Below, in pieces: positions 37,774 through 48,190 of a stretch of DNA of 64,000 nucleotides. Position numbers and translations under genes: made by a program. The DNA lies in the IMG/VR virus record IMGVR_UViG_3300044701_003160, positions 62,001 through 126,000 of that record; one strand, written 5' to 3'. The notes under the pieces were generated by a model, which was given only the letters and a program-made list of their open reading frames with translations, was not told the DNA's origin and made no database searches. How positions within the stretch are numbered: the first letter of the stretch is position 1; every line of letters begins with the position of its first letter.

Positions 37774-37802
37774 AGTATAGTCGGTAACTTCAGTCTTGTC
37801 AA
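37774..37802 (-). promoter_or_regulatory. Porin sigma70-type promoter
   Basis: TTGACA-N17-TATACT. Confidence 0.75.
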
Positions 37803-38593
37803 GTGCTTTGTTGAGAAGATGATTCCGATACTCTACCAAGGTATGGATTATACTCTGTAATTTGATCTATTGTCAATTCAGAACCTTTTTGAGACCAGAA
37901 CCCAAGTATTGCATCGTGACTATTTTTATGAAAAACATCTATATGTTCAGGATGAATTGAAGAACCAAGTTCAATCTTATAAAGGAATAACGGAGTTGCA
38001 TAAGTTACTCCTGAATTGTAAATCAAATCATCAGCAACTGGTCTTGGTTTAACTCCATTATCCAGTTTATACTTATCTCCACGAATATGATTCCTAATAA
38101 GTTTTTCTGCATGATGCCTAGTAATTACATAACAAGCAGTTGAAAAATCATTTACAAATCTTGTATGAACTGGAACATGAATATCTCCAGTACAAATGAT
38201 TGCAAGTTGAATTACATCCCAAGCATAAGGAGCTCTTGCAATAAAATCCTGCCAAGCAAAATTCCAATATCTTGCAATATCAATATTGCAATCATCTTCC
38301 ATAATAATTGCATAAGGACTATCAGAAGTCTCATACCAGTATTTGATTGCCTTAAGATGAGATGTTACACAACCAATTTCACCAGAGCTCATCATATCAG
38401 GATACTTACCTTTGATAATACCACTTAGATCATCTTCACGACCATCATATGCAGAGATACGTGTATAATTTTCAAGTTCCCAATACTTAAATTGATCCTC
38501 CATATATTGTTTTCTTTCTGGTTGTCCGTCCAGATTGAGATAATATATTGGACCAAAGTTTTTAAGTTTATATACTGATTTATTTTTATCCAT
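37799..38593 (-). CDS. Glycosyltransferase family 25-like
   Basis: YYLNLD...ER...RISAYDG...GEIGC..SHL.A...IMEDD. Confidence 0.85.
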   Translation of the reverse strand: MDKNKSVYKLKNFGPIYYLNLDGQPERKQYMEDQFKYWELENYTRISAYDGREDDLSGIIKGKYPDMMSSGEIGCVTSHLKAIKYWYETSDSPYAIIMEDDCNIDIARYWNFAWQDFIARAPYAWDVIQLAIICTGDIHVPVHTRFVNDFSTACYVITRHHAEKLIRNHIRGDKYKLDNGVKPRPVADDLIYNSGVTYATPLFLYKIELGSSIHPEHIDVFHKNSHDAILGFWSQKGSELTIDQITEYNPYLGRVSESSSQQST

Positions 38594-39530
38594 CGATAAC
38601 TTGCTGAATATTTGGCAGATAGTAATTTTCTAACATTCTACACCATTCAAACTCTTTTGCATAGTTAATAATTTCTTGACGATTGTTTATGGAATATTTT
38701 CTATTTTCAGATATAACATTTTCTACAAATTTTATATCATTAATTTTTTCTTCAGGTATAACACTAATAAATTTATTATTTAAATCCAAATTAGCAGTTG
38801 CCCATTCACTTACAACAACACCAAGGCCCGCAGAAAATGCTTCAAGACAAACTAATGGATGTGCCTCACCATCAGAAAGTAAGATAAGATTTGCATATTG
38901 AGTTAATTTTTTATGAACATCATCTTTAGACCATTCGCCAAGATAATTTTTTTTAACATCAAATCTAGCGTCAGCAATATTTCCAGCATACCAAACAGAT
39001 TCAATATCCTGAAAAAGAAATTGACGTTTTCTATAATCTATTTTTGCAAGATAGATTGATCTATCAGGATAAGTTGGTTTATCGGTTATTTCAAATAATT
39101 TACAGTTAACTCCATTTGGATTTAAATAGAGTCTTTCATCTGGAATATCAGCAAGGTCTTTATAAATTTTATTAATTCCTACAGACAACCCAAAGACATT
39201 TGGTTTAATTCTAGAGAAATGATCAAATACTCTTTCCTTATAACCACCCATTAATTCGGGTCGTTCAATATAAGCAAAGTGCGTAGTGACTGCACAAGGA
39301 TACTGAATAAATTCATAGATTGGAACCCAATCATCATAATTAATATGAACAAAATCAGGACGAAATTGGTTAATCATATTGATAATTTGATAGGGATCAC
39401 CAATATTAATAATTTGAACTTCATGACCCATTTCTTCTAAGGTCATTTTCATATCCCAAATTAAACTTTCAACAGCACCCCACCCAATTGGAGGAATAGG
39501 AAGTGCTGGTCCAATAATACTAATTCGCAT
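38586..39530 (-). CDS. GT-B (GT4-like) glycosyltransferase
   Basis: PIPPIGWGAVES; PNGV; SDGEAHPLVCLEAFSAGLGVV. Confidence 0.8.
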   Translation of the reverse strand: MRISIIGPALPIPPIGWGAVESLIWDMKMTLEEMGHEVQIINIGDPYQIINMINQFRPDFVHINYDDWVPIYEFIQYPCAVTTHFAYIERPELMGGYKERVFDHFSRIKPNVFGLSVGINKIYKDLADIPDERLYLNPNGVNCKLFEITDKPTYPDRSIYLAKIDYRKRQFLFQDIESVWYAGNIADARFDVKKNYLGEWSKDDVHKKLTQYANLILLSDGEAHPLVCLEAFSAGLGVVVSEWATANLDLNNKFISVIPEEKINDIKFVENVISENRKYSINNRQEIINYAKEFEWCRMLENYYLPNIQQVIDG

Positions 39531-40497
39531 TTGCTTCTAATTTTTCAATATTTTCAGCATATAATTTTACAAGACTTTCCCAAGAAAAATTATCAATTGC
39601 AAATTCACGAATTTCATCTCTCATACTCACAGATATCTCACGATTTTCTTTAATCTTTTCCTCAACATAAGAAATATCTTCAAGTTTATCATCAGGAATT
39701 ACTGTTACAAATGGTAACCCTTCTGGGAGATCATGTGCAGCATATTTTGAAATTACCACACCTAGTCCATTTACCATTGCTTCTTTCACAACCAAAGGCG
39801 TTCCATTTTCTCCATCAGAAAGAAGAACGAGATTACCATAATCAGTAAAATGTTCTCTCTTATATTCGTCACTCCATTCTCCAAGATAATTAATACTTGG
39901 GTCAAATGCGGTGGCACCAGTATTTTGCCCGACATAATCAATCGAATCAATTGATTGATACAACCATTGTTTTTTTCTATGATAAATTTGACCCAAATAC
40001 AGAGAACGATCTGGTTTTACTGCATCGGTTCGATAAGTAAATCTCTTATGATTTGCACCATTTTCAGAAAGAAGTAATCTACTTTCATCAGCACCTGCGT
40101 TTTTAAATGTATTAAAATCTTTTTTGGAGATGCAGAAGATATAATATTTTTTATTATTAATAATCCAATCAAAAGTGCGATCATAACCATCGCGGCGGTG
40201 CATATGTGGTTGATCAATATATGGATAATGACTACTAATAGCTAATTTTGAAATATTAGTTTCTTCGGATATCATATCCATAATTGGATGGAATACATCA
40301 TAATGAAGATGAGCGAATTCATAATTATCTTCATTCAAATATTTAATAATTTCATCCCAATTAGGAGTATTAATAATAGTACCTTCATGACCCAACTCAT
40401 CAAGTTCTAGTGCATAGTCCCAAATTAAACTTTCGACAGCACCCCAACCATCAGGAGGAATAGGCATAATCCCAGGGCCAATCAACGCTAATTTCAT
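39520..40497 (-). CDS. GT-B (GT4-like) glycosyltransferase, paralog of neighbour
   Basis: PIPPDGWGAVES; ENGTPLVVKEAMVNGLGVV; FSWE. Confidence 0.8.
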   Translation of the reverse strand: MKLALIGPGIMPIPPDGWGAVESLIWDYALELDELGHEGTIINTPNWDEIIKYLNEDNYEFAHLHYDVFHPIMDMISEETNISKLAISSHYPYIDQPHMHRRDGYDRTFDWIINNKKYYIFCISKKDFNTFKNAGADESRLLLSENGANHKRFTYRTDAVKPDRSLYLGQIYHRKKQWLYQSIDSIDYVGQNTGATAFDPSINYLGEWSDEYKREHFTDYGNLVLLSDGENGTPLVVKEAMVNGLGVVISKYAAHDLPEGLPFVTVIPDDKLEDISYVEEKIKENREISVSMRDEIREFAIDNFSWESLVKLYAENIEKLEANAN

Positions 40498-41270
40498 CAG
40501 TAAAGCTCCTTATACGCATGAACAAGTGCAAAGTCAGTATTACGAAAATTTGGAGTTTTCCAAACTTCTGTTAAATTGGTATTAATTGAATATTCTTTAC
40601 CCAAAATAAAATATACAATTTGCATATACAAGTCTAACCAACCAAATCTATAATCAAGAAATTTTAAAATATAATCAAAATCATAATCAATAAAATCATA
40701 AATTGTATGATAATTATCAAGAAATGTATTGATATTGTATATACTACCACCACCAGCACCATACCAGTCCACGTTAGGATTGGCATTGTATTTTGCTTTA
40801 ATATACTGAAGTAGACTTGGTTCTATTTTATTTCCTGGAACATCAAATCCTGCACATTCCCAAGTAGGATCAATCTTAACCTCTTTTTGAGTTAAAACAT
40901 CATCTTCCATCATAATCATATGACTTCCTCCCTGAGATTTCACATATCTTGCTGCTTCTCTAAACATATGAATCCAATGAAGACTCTCATCTTTAGTAAA
41001 TCCATAAACTCCTGATGGGTGTCCAGAATTTCTACGTCCAATTCTCATATAAGAATGAACGTAATTACAATTATATTTTTCAGCAAGATCAGAATAATCT
41101 ACTCCACCATCACAACAAATAGTATATGGTTCATTCGGATGAAATTTTCTAAATTCTTGAAGAATAAATTCTGTAGCTCTCTTATTTTCATAGACGGTAT
41201 GAAAACAACCAAATTTTGTACTCATGAATCTTTCAAATAATGTGGATGAATGTCGTCGCGATATAACCAA
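40497..41270 (-). CDS. Putative GT-A glycosyltransferase
   Basis: ICCDGG...MMEDDV; in glycan cluster. Confidence 0.55.
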   Translation of the reverse strand: MVISRRHSSTLFERFMSTKFGCFHTVYENKRATEFILQEFRKFHPNEPYTICCDGGVDYSDLAEKYNCNYVHSYMRIGRRNSGHPSGVYGFTKDESLHWIHMFREAARYVKSQGGSHMIMMEDDVLTQKEVKIDPTWECAGFDVPGNKIEPSLLQYIKAKYNANPNVDWYGAGGGSIYNINTFLDNYHTIYDFIDYDFDYILKFLDYRFGWLDLYMQIVYFILGKEYSINTNLTEVWKTPNFRNTDFALVHAYKELY

Positions 41271-41986
41271 AACCAGTGAGGTTCTCCTGGTGGAGTAGGT
41301 TGTACATCAGGTATCATATCTTTGAAGTCGTAACTAAAAGGTGGATTATAAAAACTAAAAACAGATGGGTCTTTCATACCTATCCATTTTTCAAAATTCA
41401 TTCTTTCAATAGGCCCAAAGTCTTGCGATTCTCTTTGAAATGCCTGTTTAGTTGGATGTTGAAGGGTTGAAATATAATCTGCTCTTGCCCACCAAAAATT
41501 GCCACTCATATGTGGCCATGGATCTAGGCAATAATTAACTCCAGATACTTGATAGTGATCTAGTTTATCTAGATTTTCTTTCCATTTGTCAATACAACCC
41601 CACTCCATGAGGTGTCTCCAACTATTTATTGCCCTCACTTTACGATCAGAGTAATGATCTCGCACACCACACATATGACTAATACCTTTAGTGTGAAAGT
41701 ACATTACCTTATGGGCCCGATCATTTACACAATCTTCATAAAGATGCTTAAGTGTAAATCCTTCATACTCATCATCATTGTCCCTACAATCAATGATATC
41801 AATCCAGTCATACAAAGAAACAAATTGTTTAATCCTAGAAGCTTGTGGTCCATTGATAGCACATTTTATGGTTGCAATATCAGTTAACCCACTTCTATAA
41901 AGTCTTTTTATTTGCTCATCAATTAAAATTTTCCACAAGTCAGTATCCGCAGGAGACCAAATGTGATAATAAATATTAACTCTCAT
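41222..41986 (-). CDS. Putative glycan-modifying protein
   Basis: YEGFTL...MYFHTKG...HMSGNFWWARADYI...EKWIG; in glycan cluster. Confidence 0.5.
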   Translation of the reverse strand: MRVNIYYHIWSPADTDLWKILIDEQIKRLYRSGLTDIATIKCAINGPQASRIKQFVSLYDWIDIIDCRDNDDEYEGFTLKHLYEDCVNDRAHKVMYFHTKGISHMCGVRDHYSDRKVRAINSWRHLMEWGCIDKWKENLDKLDHYQVSGVNYCLDPWPHMSGNFWWARADYISTLQHPTKQAFQRESQDFGPIERMNFEKWIGMKDPSVFSFYNPPFSYDFKDMIPDVQPTPPGEPHWFWLYRDDIHPHYLKDS

Positions 41987-41987
41987 A

Positions 41988-42719
41988 TTACCATTGATTA
42001 TTGTCTAGTGATTTATTGTCCTTAGCAAGATGAACCATTTTTTTCTCAAAATTACAATACTGCTCAAATAACTGAGGATATGCAAAAGAAGGGGACAAAG
42101 TATGTACTTCATCTTTATGAGATAAAAACCAACGATTCATATAACTCTCTTCATAATATCTCGCTTGAATACTTTTGTCAAGATCATCCTTAGTCCATTT
42201 ATCTATTTGCTCCATCATATCAAATATTGCAGGAACTTTTCCTCCCCACAAACATCCTTGATAGTACACAGACATATTCATAATATCTTCATCAATACAA
42301 GAGTTGGACAGTGGATTTACGTCGAAAGATCCTGGATATTGATTGTGGGGAGGGAATTCAAGAAAGTGACAAGGATGATGAACTCCAAAATATTTTTTTG
42401 TATCATCAAAAAATTCAGAGTAATTTATATCACACCAAGCATAAAGATCTGCATCAACAGAAATTAACCAGTCATAACCAACTACTTTATTCTTTAACTT
42501 TAACATTTCTTCAAAAGTTTTATGATAGGTAGTCGGAAATCCATAATGAGGTATTTCTATTTTGACTATATTGTCAGGTGATCCTTCCAAATCACCATCA
42601 GTAAAAACAAAATAAGTTTTCTCAATATCAGGTACAAAATAAGTTTCAAGTCTTTCATACCATTTAGGAAGAAACTCAATATATTTTTGTGTGCCCCAAA
42701 AAGTTACTGCAATTTTCAT
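41988..42719 (-). CDS. Glycosyltransferase family 6
   Basis: KIAV...KY..F...YFVFTD...VDAD...VHHP...YYQG.LWGG...EESYMN. Confidence 0.85.
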   Translation of the reverse strand: MKIAVTFWGTQKYIEFLPKWYERLETYFVPDIEKTYFVFTDGDLEGSPDNIVKIEIPHYGFPTTYHKTFEEMLKLKNKVVGYDWLISVDADLYAWCDINYSEFFDDTKKYFGVHHPCHFLEFPPHNQYPGSFDVNPLSNSCIDEDIMNMSVYYQGCLWGGKVPAIFDMMEQIDKWTKDDLDKSIQARYYEESYMNRWFLSHKDEVHTLSPSFAYPQLFEQYCNFEKKMVHLAKDNKSLDNNQW

Positions 42720-43501
42720 TTTAAAATATGCTGTGGTTGCCAATCAAAATACTTTCTAACTTTAGAATTTTCAATATGCAAATATGTTTTTTCTGCCTTT
42801 TGATTCAGTTTAAGGTTTAATGTGCCACGTTTTGACACAATATCTATTATATCAAGAATAGTTATACTTTGCCTTCCAACCAAAAATAATTCATGTTGCT
42901 TATTTAAATCAGTAGATACTACCTTGAATAAAAGATTAACAAAATCATCAATATGAACTAGATCTATTCTTGTTTTGAGATTTGCAAAAATTTCCACAAT
43001 TTGATTGGTATTCACAGAGTTTAAAAGTTTATCAACTAATCCATTAACTCTATCTTTTTTTACCTTTGCTCCCCAAATATTCGATGTCCTAAGAACAACT
43101 GTATTGCAACTAAGTTCTTTTAACATATTTTCAACATGCAACTTACATTCACCATATAAAGAATGTGGAGAGGGCTCAAATTCTTCAAATACTGTTCTTT
43201 CCTTCCCAAGATGCAAATCTCCAGCAGATGAAACAAAAATTATTTTTCCATTTGGATTTTTATTTACGTAGTAATCAAATAGAGTTTTACTATTTGACAC
43301 ATCATTTTTTATAACTTTTTGAAATTCATCATAATTATTTCTAGTAGTAGAAGACCAGGCAAGATGAATTAAACAAGATTCTTCATGACAATCAAAAATA
43401 TCAGAAACTTCATCTCGATAAGAAATTGTCGTAACTTTTTTATCACAAAGTTCCAAAAATCTACTACCAATTAATCCACTAGAGCCACTAAGATATATCA
43501 T
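42716..43501 (-). CDS. NAD-dependent epimerase/dehydratase
   Basis: GSSGLIG; IHLAW; FVSSAG; YGECK. Confidence 0.85.
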   Translation of the reverse strand: MIYLSGSSGLIGSRFLELCDKKVTTISYRDEVSDIFDCHEESCLIHLAWSSTTRNNYDEFQKVIKNDVSNSKTLFDYYVNKNPNGKIIFVSSAGDLHLGKERTVFEEFEPSPHSLYGECKLHVENMLKELSCNTVVLRTSNIWGAKVKKDRVNGLVDKLLNSVNTNQIVEIFANLKTRIDLVHIDDFVNLLFKVVSTDLNKQHELFLVGRQSITILDIIDIVSKRGTLNLKLNQKAEKTYLHIENSKVRKYFDWQPQHILK

Positions 43502-44319
43502 TTAATTATTATCCATTCTTTTGGAATTAAATCAGACGTATCTAAATGTGCATTATTTTTCCCAAACCATTTTTGGGGGTCAGGAGCACAAACCGTTTTA
43601 TTAATACTTTTAGATAACCAAGCACCCCACCAAGAAAAAGTGGAGTTTGCAATAATAAAGTCAGTACACAAATTCATTAAACAAAGATCAGTATAACTAT
43701 CGTTTCCTTCCGATACAAGAAACCTGTCAGATTCAAATAAAGATTGTTCTTTACACCATTCAGGATCATCCGAAAAGATAATCACAATTCTATCATTATC
43801 AAACTTTTGTAGAGCGGCATCATAATAATCAAGACCAAGATTTGTGTGATTTGCAGAATTAATTAAAAAATCTCCACGACGAACGTGAAGTGCAATTGGT
43901 CTATCAACTTCACTCATTTTATGTTTACAAAGAAATGAGATTTCGTTTTTGAATGTAAAATCTTGGCGGATTTCATCTTCAATATGCTTGAAGTATTTTT
44001 CTGTTTGAAAATATCCTTGAAGATTAACCCAATCTGGACAATCATCAAAAAGTTTTTTGTCAAAATTAAAATTATCTTCAACAATAGTTGGTCTATCTTG
44101 GTCTATTACTTGAATGTTTAATTGAGTAACATTTGACATTAAAAATGTATCAAAAAGTTCAATTCTAAGTTTATTCTCAAAACTATCAATAACAACTTCA
44201 TTATGATAAGGAATACAAAAATTATATCCTCTATTTTTAGCAATTCCGCGAAGAGAGGCATATTGGAACATTTGATTTCCAAGTTGACCCATTTTTCCCA
44301 AATAATTAAATCCTATCAT
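43498..44319 (-). CDS. Alpha-1,2-fucosyltransferase (GT11)
   Basis: GQLGNQMFQYA; GYFQTEKYF; HVRRGD; IFSDDP; IANSTFSWWGAWL. Confidence 0.92.
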   Translation of the reverse strand: MIGFNYLGKMGQLGNQMFQYASLRGIAKNRGYNFCIPYHNEVVIDSFENKLRIELFDTFLMSNVTQLNIQVIDQDRPTIVEDNFNFDKKLFDDCPDWVNLQGYFQTEKYFKHIEDEIRQDFTFKNEISFLCKHKMSEVDRPIALHVRRGDFLINSANHTNLGLDYYDAALQKFDNDRIVIIFSDDPEWCKEQSLFESDRFLVSEGNDSYTDLCLMNLCTDFIIANSTFSWWGAWLSKSINKTVCAPDPQKWFGKNNAHLDTSDLIPKEWIIIK

Positions 44320-44331
44320 TTTAAATAATAA

Positions 44332-45099
44332 TTATAAATTTCTAACATACTCTCGTATTGGACTATTGTAATTATACTCCACTCGGTGAATTATGTAAAT
44401 CTCTTCCTTAGATTGATTGCCAAAATATAAATGGCATAGAGAACTAATATTCCCGTCTAAAAATTTTTTAATTTCATCAAAATTTTGATAGTTATTGCAA
44501 GAAGAGTTTGTTGGATAATTTTTTATTTTTTTTGCAAATTTTAAAATACAAGAAGGTATTACAACTTCTTCAGGAACCCAACCAGTATTATTATATAAAT
44601 TATTATCATTTTGGATGAAATCAAACATTTTCATAGAAACATTTTTACTACAAGTTAGACCTTCAACTAAATTTTTAACAACGCCTTTAGGAAATTTGGA
44701 TGTAGAATTTTCTATGATTGGAGTAGATTCCCAATGAAATTCGTGCAAACTAATAAATCCATCAGCATCTTTTAAATATTCTTCAATGCCACGTTTAATA
44801 AAAAGCATTTGTGAATAAAAAATCATATGATAGTCAAATTTAATTTTTAGATCATTAACAACATAATTAAAGTTTGAGCAAAGAGGGTGGATAAAACTAC
44901 CACCCTTATATGTAAAAAATCTTTCTGGATTTATATAAACATTTTCTATATTTGAAAATCTGTCTTGATCAAAATCTTCAAATACTTTACTCACATGTAA
45001 GCAAATTACAGGATTTTTAACAAATTTTTTGATGTTAAAAATCATATCCTCCACTATATTATTATCAGTATGAACTAAACAATTAAAAAATATTTTCAT
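44332..45099 (-). CDS. Hypothetical glycan-cluster protein
   Basis: 255-aa AT-rich co-directional ORF. Confidence 0.55.
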   Translation of the reverse strand: MKIFFNCLVHTDNNIVEDMIFNIKKFVKNPVICLHVSKVFEDFDQDRFSNIENVYINPERFFTYKGGSFIHPLCSNFNYVVNDLKIKFDYHMIFYSQMLFIKRGIEEYLKDADGFISLHEFHWESTPIIENSTSKFPKGVVKNLVEGLTCSKNVSMKMFDFIQNDNNLYNNTGWVPEEVVIPSCILKFAKKIKNYPTNSSCNNYQNFDEIKKFLDGNISSLCHLYFGNQSKEEIYIIHRVEYNYNSPIREYVRNL

Positions 45100-45115
45100 A
45101 CAAAATTGTCAGATA

Positions 45116-45769
45116 TCAAATATTAAATTTTTCCTTAATTTCTTCTATAAGATCAGAATTATTTGATGCAACACCAAGCCCAGCAGAATTTGTAAAATTG
45201 ACTTTAGGAACTTCTAATTGAGAAAAGAAAACTCCAACACCATCAGGATTTGAAATAGTATCGTGAAAAATAATTACACCATTTTCTTTCAGGAATGGTG
45301 ACCAAGTATCACAATCATTTTTACAATTTTCATAATCATGAAGTCCATCAATATGTAAAAGATCTATTTCTTTATCCCACTCTTTTGCAACATCATCAAA
45401 ATAACCTTTAATAATTTCAAGATTATCTAACTTTAATTTATTCTTAACATCCAACACAAATTGATAGTCTTCATCTATCCTAATACCATGCTTTGTATTA
45501 TCAAAACAATCAATACCATAAACTTTCCCTTTATTGTTTAGAGACATTAAGAATGAAGAATATCCATAATCAACTCCAAGTTCAACCGTAACTTGAGGAT
45601 CAATTTTTTCAATCAACCAAGATACAAATTCGTTGTGACTCTTTGGAGGAACATTCCATGCGGATGGAATTGCACCCAAAATTTCACTCACATTATCATC
45701 ATCAAGGGAAAGAACATATTCTCTCCAATTATCTCTTTTATTTTCACACCAAGAAAAATTTTCAATCAT
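45116..45769 (-). CDS. Class I SAM-dependent methyltransferase
   Basis: VELGVDYGYS; GIDCF; IDLLHIDGLHDYE...D...W; IFHD. Confidence 0.88.
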   Translation of the reverse strand: MIENFSWCENKRDNWREYVLSLDDDNVSEILGAIPSAWNVPPKSHNEFVSWLIEKIDPQVTVELGVDYGYSSFLMSLNNKGKVYGIDCFDNTKHGIRIDEDYQFVLDVKNKLKLDNLEIIKGYFDDVAKEWDKEIDLLHIDGLHDYENCKNDCDTWSPFLKENGVIIFHDTISNPDGVGVFFSQLEVPKVNFTNSAGLGVASNNSDLIEEIKEKFNI

Positions 45770-46805
45770 TTATTTGCTCCTTAATCCAATTGTAAGTTTT
45801 TTTAATACCTTCTTCAAGACTCTGAGAATAATCCCAACCAAGTTCTTTGCGAATCAAATCATTATTAGAATTACGCCCACGAACACCGAGAGGTCCCTCA
45901 ATATGATTCTTTTCTACTTGTTTGTTAGCAACTTTAGCAGTAGTATCTACAAGTTGATTGATAGTGACCATTTCTTCTGACCCAATATTTATTGGTCCAA
46001 TAAAATCTGAATCCATCATTCTACGGGTTGCTTCGATACATTCGTCAATATACAAGAAGGAACGAGTTTGTAAACCATCTCCCCACACATCGATGGTTCC
46101 ACCTTCCTCTGGAAGATATGCGACTTTACGGCAGATTGCAGCTGGAGATTTTTCTCTTCCACCTTCCCAGGTTCCTTCGGGTCCAAAGATATTATGATAC
46201 CTAACAACCCGAACAGGGATCCCGTAATTACGATGATAAGCGAAAAACAATCGTTCTGAAAAGAGTTTCTCCCATCCATATTCACTATCGGGTGCTGCGG
46301 GATATGCGGATTCTTCACGACAATCAGGATTATCAGGATCTAATTGATTGTGTTCTGGATACATACAAGCAGAACTGGAGTAAAAGATTTTGGTCTTGTT
46401 GACTTCTTTAAAGTCATTCAGTTGTCGCTGTGCCTCAAGAACATTCAGATTAATGGTTGCAGAGTTGTGCATGATGTCTGCATCATTCACACCAGTAAAA
46501 ACGAATCCTGCACCACCCATATCAGCAGCAAACTGATAGATCTCATCAAAAGTATCAATATATCTGGATGGAACAAAATTATAGAAGTTTTGATAAGGAC
46601 CTTTATATTGAAGAACTCTTTCTACAAAGTTAGCATCACGAAGATCTCCAAGAACAAATTCATGTGCTTGGCTCATAGAAAATTCAGGATACTTAAGATC
46701 AACACCACGAACCCAGTATCCTTCGGATCGCAGTCGTTTTACCATATGACTACCAATAAATCCACCAGCACCAAGAACAAGTGCTGTTTTTTTATACTCA
46801 CTCAT
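45762..46805 (-). CDS. NAD-dependent epimerase, GDP-mannose 3,5-epimerase-like
   Basis: GAGGFIG; FAADMGGAGF; YSSSACMYP; YGWEK; KSPAAICRK; WGDG.QTRSF. Confidence 0.88.
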   Translation of the reverse strand: MSEYKKTALVLGAGGFIGSHMVKRLRSEGYWVRGVDLKYPEFSMSQAHEFVLGDLRDANFVERVLQYKGPYQNFYNFVPSRYIDTFDEIYQFAADMGGAGFVFTGVNDADIMHNSATINLNVLEAQRQLNDFKEVNKTKIFYSSSACMYPEHNQLDPDNPDCREESAYPAAPDSEYGWEKLFSERLFFAYHRNYGIPVRVVRYHNIFGPEGTWEGGREKSPAAICRKVAYLPEEGGTIDVWGDGLQTRSFLYIDECIEATRRMMDSDFIGPINIGSEEMVTINQLVDTTAKVANKQVEKNHIEGPLGVRGRNSNNDLIRKELGWDYSQSLEEGIKKTYNWIKEQIND

Positions 46806-46839
46806 AGTTTATTTTCTAAGTTCATTTATATAGTATAGA

Positions 46840-47658
46840 TCAAGTAGATAATATTTGCAATCCCTTTTCGATAGTCATCTCATATGAAAAATTAAAATCT
46901 TTTAATTTTTTATTATTCAAAGTCATGTTTTTAACTTGAATGAATTTTTGATTGTCTGGGAATGCAACATCAATTATTTTACTTTGACTTCCAGTTAATT
47001 CTTTTGCAGTTTCAATAAGTTCACGAAAAGTGAAAGAAGTGCCAGAGGCAATGTTGTAAATCTCATTTACATTACCTTTATCCAAAACTACCTTAATTGC
47101 TCTACAAATATCCTCAACATACATATAATCTTTTAAAAAATTACCACCATCATAAAGTTGAATATCTTTATTTTGTTTGAGAAGATTAATCATGTATCCA
47201 AGAACATTCTTACCTAAAGAAACTGTTTTATCTAATCCATAAACATTCCCAATCCTTAGAATCCTATACTTAACTCCAAAAGTTTCACAAAAAGATATTA
47301 ACAGTTGTTCAGCACATCGTTTGGTGATGGAATAAAACCCAGTAGGATTGCAACAGTCCGTTTCTTTGGCATCTATGACATCATTACCATAAACAAATCC
47401 AGAACTGATAAAATTAAAGACAATATCTTTACTCTTACAATTTTTAAGGACATCAACAAACAAACTCAAGTTAGTATCAATATCAATATGTAAGTCTTTA
47501 AAAACACTTTGATTTGTTGTTGTGCTAATGAAATAAAGAACTTGTTGAGTTTCAAAGTTTCTACTTTCCTTTGGAACTAACACCACATCTTTTGGATAAA
47601 GATTACAGAAAGTCCCACCAATAAATCCTGTTCCACCAAAGACTGATATCTTATTCAT
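46840..47658 (-). CDS. NAD-dependent epimerase/dehydratase
   Basis: GGTGFIG; FISSGFVYG; YSITK; RIGNVYG. Confidence 0.88.
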   Translation of the reverse strand: MNKISVFGGTGFIGGTFCNLYPKDVVLVPKESRNFETQQVLYFISTTTNQSVFKDLHIDIDTNLSLFVDVLKNCKSKDIVFNFISSGFVYGNDVIDAKETDCCNPTGFYSITKRCAEQLLISFCETFGVKYRILRIGNVYGLDKTVSLGKNVLGYMINLLKQNKDIQLYDGGNFLKDYMYVEDICRAIKVVLDKGNVNEIYNIASGTSFTFRELIETAKELTGSQSKIIDVAFPDNQKFIQVKNMTLNNKKLKDFNFSYEMTIEKGLQILST

Positions 47659-48190
47659 ACTTCTCACATTCTTCAAATGAAAGACCTTTCATATCTTTCT
47701 CAGACATAATAGGGTCAAAATAATTTCCCCAGTTGATATTCAAGTCTGGGTCATTCCACATTAAAGTTCTTTCGTGTTCTTTGTATTGATAATCAGTAAC
47801 CTTATAAAGAACCTCTACTCTTTCGGTCAGAGCTTTAAATCCGTGAGCGAATCCTGGGGGAACCCACAATTCAAGTTCTCCTGGGGAAAGTTTGTAAGCA
47901 GTCCATTGTCCGAATGTAGGAGAACTTTTGCGAAGATCAACAATCACATCATAAATTTCTCCAACCAAACAACGGACAATTTTACCCTGAGGATGTTGAA
48001 TCTGATAATGAAGACCTCTTACAACATTCTTTACAGATACTGAATGACAATCCTGAACGAACTTATATGGTCCGATGATTTTTTCAATCTCACGAAGATT
48101 GAAAGACTCTGTAAAAGAACCTCTGTTGTCACAAAAAATATTTGTAGTAATTAAATATGCGTCTTTTAGTTTAGTTCCAATTGCGTTCAT
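47651..48190 (-). CDS. rfbC: dTDP-4-dehydrorhamnose 3,5-epimerase
   Basis: DNRGSFTE; FVQD.HS.S...VRGLHYQ; VDLRK.SPTFGQW; PPGFAHGF. Confidence 0.93.
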   Translation of the reverse strand: MNAIGTKLKDAYLITTNIFCDNRGSFTESFNLREIEKIIGPYKFVQDCHSVSVKNVVRGLHYQIQHPQGKIVRCLVGEIYDVIVDLRKSSPTFGQWTAYKLSPGELELWVPPGFAHGFKALTERVEVLYKVTDYQYKEHERTLMWNDPDLNINWGNYFDPIMSEKDMKGLSFEECEKYE

